A DNA stretch of 64,000 bases. Origin: Promethearchaeota archaeon (lineage in GTDB: Archaea; Asgardarchaeota; Lokiarchaeia; Sigyniarchaeales; SOKP01). Made by a program: the position numbers and the translations under genes. Below, piece after piece: positions 59,397 through 64,000 of the stretch. The stretch covers positions 64,001-128,000 of the forward strand of contig JAUVXW010000001.1 in the NCBI GenBank assembly GCA_030603385.1, written 5' to 3'. Positions within the stretch are counted from its first letter, which is position 1. Every line of letters begins with the position of its first letter. The notes beneath the pieces were generated by a model. That model was not told where the DNA came from. It did not search any database and saw only the letters and a program-made list of their open reading frames with translations.

Positions 59397-59709
59397 ATTG
59401 TTTTCACTTCTTAGAATTTCTATATTCGTATAATTTTAGAATTTTGTTTTCCTATAAATTTGATATTTTATTGTTATGTTTTATTTTGATTAAAAGATTT
59501 CTAATTAAAACAATTGAATTATAGTGGGAAAAAAATCCTATTTTTAAAAAAAGGAGAATCTTATAATTTACTTCTTGAATGAACTTAGACTGTTAATCAT
59601 ATCTGTTATTTAAAGAATATATTATTCAAGGTAAATGTTTATTTTAAATTCAAATTTAAATAATATTGTAAAAATTTCATTAATTTTACAAATAGTTAGA
59701 TGATAAATT

Positions 59710-61044
59710 ATGGATACGAGAATTTCTGAGTTTGAACCCATCCGAATCCAACGATATGTTCCTGAATTGGATTTATTGAGTAATCCTGTTTTGAATGCAA
59801 AAGAAAAGGAATTTTTGGCCGATTTATATGATTTTATGGAAAAAGAACTCGATCCTGAGTTAAGAAAATTAGAGAATCTTAATTATTATGTAGAGGAACC
59901 AACCCAAGACAAGAAGAGGGAAATAGTAATTGGGATCATGAGAAAATTAGCAGAGAAAGGATATTACTCTACAGTACTTAATACTGAGAATTATGAAGTT
60001 GGCAGAATTACCAGAAATGCTCTTATAGCCTTTGCAATATGTGGGGGGCGATGGAGCGAATATAGTGAAAAGTATATAGCTGGGAATTACAGTATCGAAA
60101 TGGGAAGATTATCGGGAGGTACACTTTATTGTAACCCCATAAGTTATGCTTCTGATGAGGCACAGAAAGAACGATTTTTAGTGCCAGTTGCTAATGATGG
60201 TCAAATTGGAGCTTCAGCAATGACAGAATTTAATGCAGGTTCAGATATTTTTAGTATGGAATTGAGATTACATGAAAAGGATAATAAATTAATTGCAAAA
60301 GGCAAGAAATTATTTATTACTAATGGTATGATCGCTGATTTTATAGTTCTCTATGGACGATTGGATAATGGACAATTAGCTGCTGTAGTAGTTGATACTG
60401 AACATCAGAAATTAAGGAATTTCAGAAGTACTAGAGTAAGAACATATGGAATGACAGATGCTTTTGTAAGTCGTTTGATCTTTGATAGAGTAGAGCTCCC
60501 AAAAGAAAATATGCTTCACGGTCATGGACTTGATATTGCATTTCACCAATTAACTGAGGAGAGATTAGTCATTAGCGCTGAAGCACTTGGAGATGCAATG
60601 AAAAAACTCCTTTATTCTCATGCTTATGCTCTTCAGCGTATGCAATTTGAAAAAAGACTACACCAATATCAAGTTATTCGATTTCCTATTTCTAAAAAAA
60701 TCCGAGAACTAAATCTAATGTTTTCAGCATTAATCCAATATACAAGACAAATGGATGAGCATCCAGAATTAGGAAGTTCTAAATTAATGGCTGCTAATGC
60801 TATGGGGTTAAAAATTAGCTCTACTGAATTAGGATTTGAGAGTGCCATCCATTGCTTCAGAACCCTAGGAGGACGCGGATTCACCCGTCAATATGCTAAC
60901 GAAATAGGCTTGTTAGATCCCTATTGTATGCTTCACGGAGGAGGCTCTAATTATGTTTTAGAGGATAGTGAATCGCGAAGATTCTTTAAACATAAACCTA
61001 CCAGAAGAGAAGTCGAGGATATTATTCCGAAAATAGACTATTAA
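59710..61044 (+). CDS. Acyl-CoA dehydrogenase family protein
   Basis: AMTEFNAGSD, GKKLFITNG, RMQFEK, LGGRGF. Confidence 0.9.
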   Translation: MDTRISEFEPIRIQRYVPELDLLSNPVLNAKEKEFLADLYDFMEKELDPELRKLENLNYYVEEPTQDKKREIVIGIMRKLAEKGYYSTVLNTENYEVGRITRNALIAFAICGGRWSEYSEKYIAGNYSIEMGRLSGGTLYCNPISYASDEAQKERFLVPVANDGQIGASAMTEFNAGSDIFSMELRLHEKDNKLIAKGKKLFITNGMIADFIVLYGRLDNGQLAAVVVDTEHQKLRNFRSTRVRTYGMTDAFVSRLIFDRVELPKENMLHGHGLDIAFHQLTEERLVISAEALGDAMKKLLYSHAYALQRMQFEKRLHQYQVIRFPISKKIRELNLMFSALIQYTRQMDEHPELGSSKLMAANAMGLKISSTELGFESAIHCFRTLGGRGFTRQYANEIGLLDPYCMLHGGGSNYVLEDSESRRFFKHKPTRREVEDIIPKIDY

Positions 61045-61173
61045 TTATAGTCTCCTGAGAATTGCATAAAATTTCTATAAATATTAAACTTCTATATTCT
61101 AACTTTATTTTAGTTTTATTATAAATCTTAAGAGAATAAATTATTAAATATATTGACCTAATTATTATAGATA

Positions 61174-62148
61174 ATGGTTTCTTACGACACTCAAAGCTTT
61201 GATATCACCCATTTAGTCGATCAATATCGAGGGAAGAAATTAGAAGAACTATATCAAGAAAATCATCATATTATTACCAATGAAATGGGAGAATTCATGG
61301 AATTAATTTGGCAAGAAGATAACTTTCCTTGCGATTTAAAGCTTTATCTAACTAGAAAAAAGTTGTTATATAACCTAAAAACAGTCCATTACATTGGGGA
61401 ATTTATAGAAAATAGGTTAAAAGGTAGAGGAATAAAAACACTAAAAGACTTGAGATTTTTAAATTTGAGATACTGGGAGTCTGCTAATTACATTTTGGAA
61501 TTAATAAAGAAAAAAGATTATGAAAGTCTTAAGAAAAATAGGTACATTGATGACTTAGATGTTGGTTTTTGTTTTAACATTGGAGATTTACTTTTTCTTG
61601 ATATTGAAACGTTAGGGTTGTATAATAATGCCATAATTATTGTAGGAATTGGTTTTTTCAAAAATCAAAAATACGAAATCCACCTTTTTTTTGCACGTAG
61701 TTTAGAAGAGGAAATAGCTATTTGTGAGCATCTAAAAACGGAAATTCTTCCTAGTTTTAAATGTTTTGTCTCATATAATGGAAAGCGATTTGATATTCCT
61801 TACATAGCTAATCGTTTTCTATATTATTTTGATGAAAATCCCATGATCTCTGAAGAAGATACTCCTTATGAAATTAGCAATACAAAATTTCATCATATTG
61901 ATCTTTATCACATTTGCCGCCGAAGATTTAGAGGAATGTTTGAAAGATATACACTTACAAACATTGAAGAGCAATTGTTAAAATTGCGAAGGCAAAATGA
62001 GCTTCCAAGTAGTATGGTGCCTGTGTGTTATAAAAAATATCAAAAAAATCCTAATAGATATATTGGATTAATTAAAGAGTGCATAGAGCACAATTATTAT
62101 GATGTCTATTCGATGCCACTAATCTTAAATAAATTATTGGAAGTATAA
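61174..62148 (+). CDS. YprB-like RNase H-fold (DEDD) exonuclease
   Basis: LFLDIETLG, SYNGKRFD, HIDL, HNYYDV; HhH-like IGEFIENRLKGRGI upstream. Confidence 0.85.
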   Translation: MVSYDTQSFDITHLVDQYRGKKLEELYQENHHIITNEMGEFMELIWQEDNFPCDLKLYLTRKKLLYNLKTVHYIGEFIENRLKGRGIKTLKDLRFLNLRYWESANYILELIKKKDYESLKKNRYIDDLDVGFCFNIGDLLFLDIETLGLYNNAIIIVGIGFFKNQKYEIHLFFARSLEEEIAICEHLKTEILPSFKCFVSYNGKRFDIPYIANRFLYYFDENPMISEEDTPYEISNTKFHHIDLYHICRRRFRGMFERYTLTNIEEQLLKLRRQNELPSSMVPVCYKKYQKNPNRYIGLIKECIEHNYYDVYSMPLILNKLLEV

Positions 62149-62256
62149 TACAAAAATATCAAGAAGATATACAATACCAATAAAAGATATGCTAAGTAAT
62201 TATAAAAATCAGAAGAAATGATTTCCTAATTTATAATTTTTAAGAAAAGAAGAAGA

Positions 62257-62637
62257 TTATTCCTTTTTATTTTTTAATACTCGTTCAATTATGGTGTAAA
62301 CATCATCATCTTTGAACGGCTTTTTAATATAGTCTTTTGCTCCTTTTTCAGTAGCTTCTACAATAGATAATTCTTGTCCCATCGCACTAACAACAATTAT
62401 ATTTGCGGATTTATCAAATTTCATTATATCTTCAATCGCTTGAAGACCGTCATAATTAGGCATAACTAAATCCATGGTTACTAAGTCTGGCTTTAAATCT
62501 TTATATAATGATACAGCATCTTCTCCATTAGAAGCTTCCCCGATAACTTCAGCAAAATCCATTTTCCCTATAATTTTTTTAATTTTATTTCTTACAAATG
62601 TTGCATCATCAACTATCAATATTTTTGACTTCTTAAT
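62257..62637 (-). CDS. CheY-like single-domain response regulator
   Basis: ILIVDD, PDLVTMDLVMP, VSAMGQ, KPF; start ATT 62637 or TTG 62619. Confidence 0.9.
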   Translation of the reverse strand: MKKSKILIVDDATFVRNKIKKIIGKMDFAEVIGEASNGEDAVSLYKDLKPDLVTMDLVMPNYDGLQAIEDIMKFDKSANIIVVSAMGQELSIVEATEKGAKDYIKKPFKDDDVYTIIERVLKNKKE

Positions 62638-62887
62638 TTTGTCTCACTTTTTAAATATTTTTAAAGTTTTATTATCGGTGTTTTATGACTCTAAATTAGT
62701 AAAAGAACTTTATTATAAAGTTACCCAATAATGCCTAATTTCGTTGTCATTAATAGTACATCAAGTGATAATTTTGAGTCTAGGCCCTTAAAACACACGA
62801 AAAAACAATTTTTAAAAAAGGTATAGATACATTAAAGTAATCAAAGAAACTTAATTACCAAATAATCACTTTAAAACTTTGATGTAA

Positions 62888-64000
62888 ATGACTGAATTAG
62901 TTGATAAATTATTTGATCAAGATTGGAATTATGTAAATCGCCAAAAGATAATTAAAAGATTGCAAGAAACTCATTACGATATTATCGTAATTGGTGCAGG
63001 TATTACAGGAGCGGGTGTTGCAAGAGAAGCTTCTATGAGAGAGTTAAAAGTTGCAGTTGTAGATAAACAAGATTTTGCTTCTGGAACCTCATCAAGAAGT
63101 TCAAAACTAGCACATGGAGGTATAAGATATTTAGGACTTGGAGAAATGGATATTGTTCGAGAGTCAACAACAGAAAGAAATTGGATGAGAATACATATCC
63201 CACATTTAGTAAGACCAATACCATTTCTATTTGTTGCATTAGAAGGGGGAAAATATAAGAAGCGAGATATACTTGGTGCTTGTAGAATTTATGATTATTT
63301 AGGTGACGATAAATCTGATTTTAAAAATTATAAAAAACATAAATGGTATTCACCAGAAGAAATTTTTGGCATGGAACCAGAGTTTATTAAAGAAGGAAAC
63401 ATAGGTGGTGCTGTCTATTATGATAATAATGTTGATGATGCTAGGTTAACTATTGAAACACTAAAAGAAGCTATTATTAGAGGTGCAGATGTAGTCAATT
63501 ATTGTAAAATTACCGGATATATCAAAGATAAAGAAAAAATTGTAGGGGTAAAATGTACTGATTTAGAAAATAGATCTGATTTTGAAATAAAGGGGACTTT
63601 GGTGGTAAATGCTACGGGTGTTTGGACGGATGATTTATTGGAAAATTACCCAGAAGATATTCCAAAGCCACTAATTCGCCCTACAAAAGGAGTTCATATA
63701 CAATTTAGAAGAGAGCATATTAAAAATAATATGGCTACAATTATTCGTTCTATTTCTGATGATAGAGCCTTTTTTGTATTACCCCGAAATAAAAAATTTA
63801 CTATAATAGGGACTACTGATACAGATTATAAAGATGATTTGGCAAATCCAATTTGTAATAAAGAAGATGCTGATTACTTAATAAATTCAGTAAAACATTA
63901 TTTTCCCAATGCTGAATTAGATTATGATAACATTTTATCAACTTATGCTGGCATCAGACCTTTAGTTATGCAAAAAGGTAAATCTGAGAGCGAAATCTCC
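62888..64000 (+). CDS. glpA: FAD-dependent glycerol-3-phosphate dehydrogenase (GlpA/GlpD), truncated by window end
   Basis: Not in the ORF track because it has no stop in the window; translates MTELVDKL...DIIVIGAGITGAGVA...DFASGTSSRSSKLAHGGIRYL...DDARL...GTTD...YAGIRPL. Confidence 0.92.
   Translation, partial: MTELVDKLFDQDWNYVNRQKIIKRLQETHYDIIVIGAGITGAGVAREASMRELKVAVVDKQDFASGTSSRSSKLAHGGIRYLGLGEMDIVRESTTERNWMRIHIPHLVRPIPFLFVALEGGKYKKRDILGACRIYDYLGDDKSDFKNYKKHKWYSPEEIFGMEPEFIKEGNIGGAVYYDNNVDDARLTIETLKEAIIRGADVVNYCKITGYIKDKEKIVGVKCTDLENRSDFEIKGTLVVNATGVWTDDLLENYPEDIPKPLIRPTKGVHIQFRREHIKNNMATIIRSISDDRAFFVLPRNKKFTIIGTTDTDYKDDLANPICNKEDADYLINSVKHYFPNAELDYDNILSTYAGIRPLVMQKGKSESEIS

Noticed and set aside
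233-63239. Numerous 60-120 aa ORFs antisense to or overlapping the called genes (e.g. 233..487, 2782..3135, 16411..16716, 18103..18471, 43400..43720, 48445..48801, 63033..63239)
   Set aside because: They are shadow ORFs of well-supported genes on the other strand or frame, with no motifs of their own.
1-64000. CRISPR array, rRNA genes or long tandem repeats
   Set aside because: No regularly spaced repeats or long GC-rich structural RNA stretches were seen by eye.
1-64000. Selenoprotein (in-frame TGA) or SECIS element, known from Lokiarchaeia
   Set aside because: No gene here appears truncated at a TGA aligned to a catalytic Cys, and no convincing SECIS was recognised; a dedicated search was not possible.

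Overview
Low-GC archaeal chromosomal window, most consistent with an Asgard archaeon (Lokiarchaeia/Promethearchaeia). This is inferred from the gene set: PolB1-type polymerase, Alba, CdhB/CdhC, tetraether synthase, a longin-like protein, a BHB-intron tRNA and many thiolase/DUF35 and acyl-CoA enzymes. Most of the window is ordinary metabolism: phosphate uptake, NAD salvage, fatty-acyl-CoA degradation, an amino-acid ABC transporter and glycerol-3-P dehydrogenase. The standout is at about 10.0-12.9 kb. The full-length polB is followed by a convergent gene for a Zn-ribbon + splicing-degenerate intein (Hint) + LAGLIDADG protein, and then by a second, diverged but intact copy of the last ~90 codons of polB. 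This is the architecture of the yeast WHO/HO '3'-end-replacement' homing elements, here apparently targeting an archaeal DNA polymerase gene. Other notable items are a tRNA-Thr(UGU) with two non-canonical introns, a three-gene HTH/Panacea-like/MazF toxin-antitoxin module, an Ltp3/Ltp4/DUF35-like retro-aldolase cluster, a SAP/HeH-SWIM-OB protein, an orphan methyltransferase-TRD fusion and a higher-GC ABC-transporter block. All calls are from motif recognition by eye; no database searches were run.
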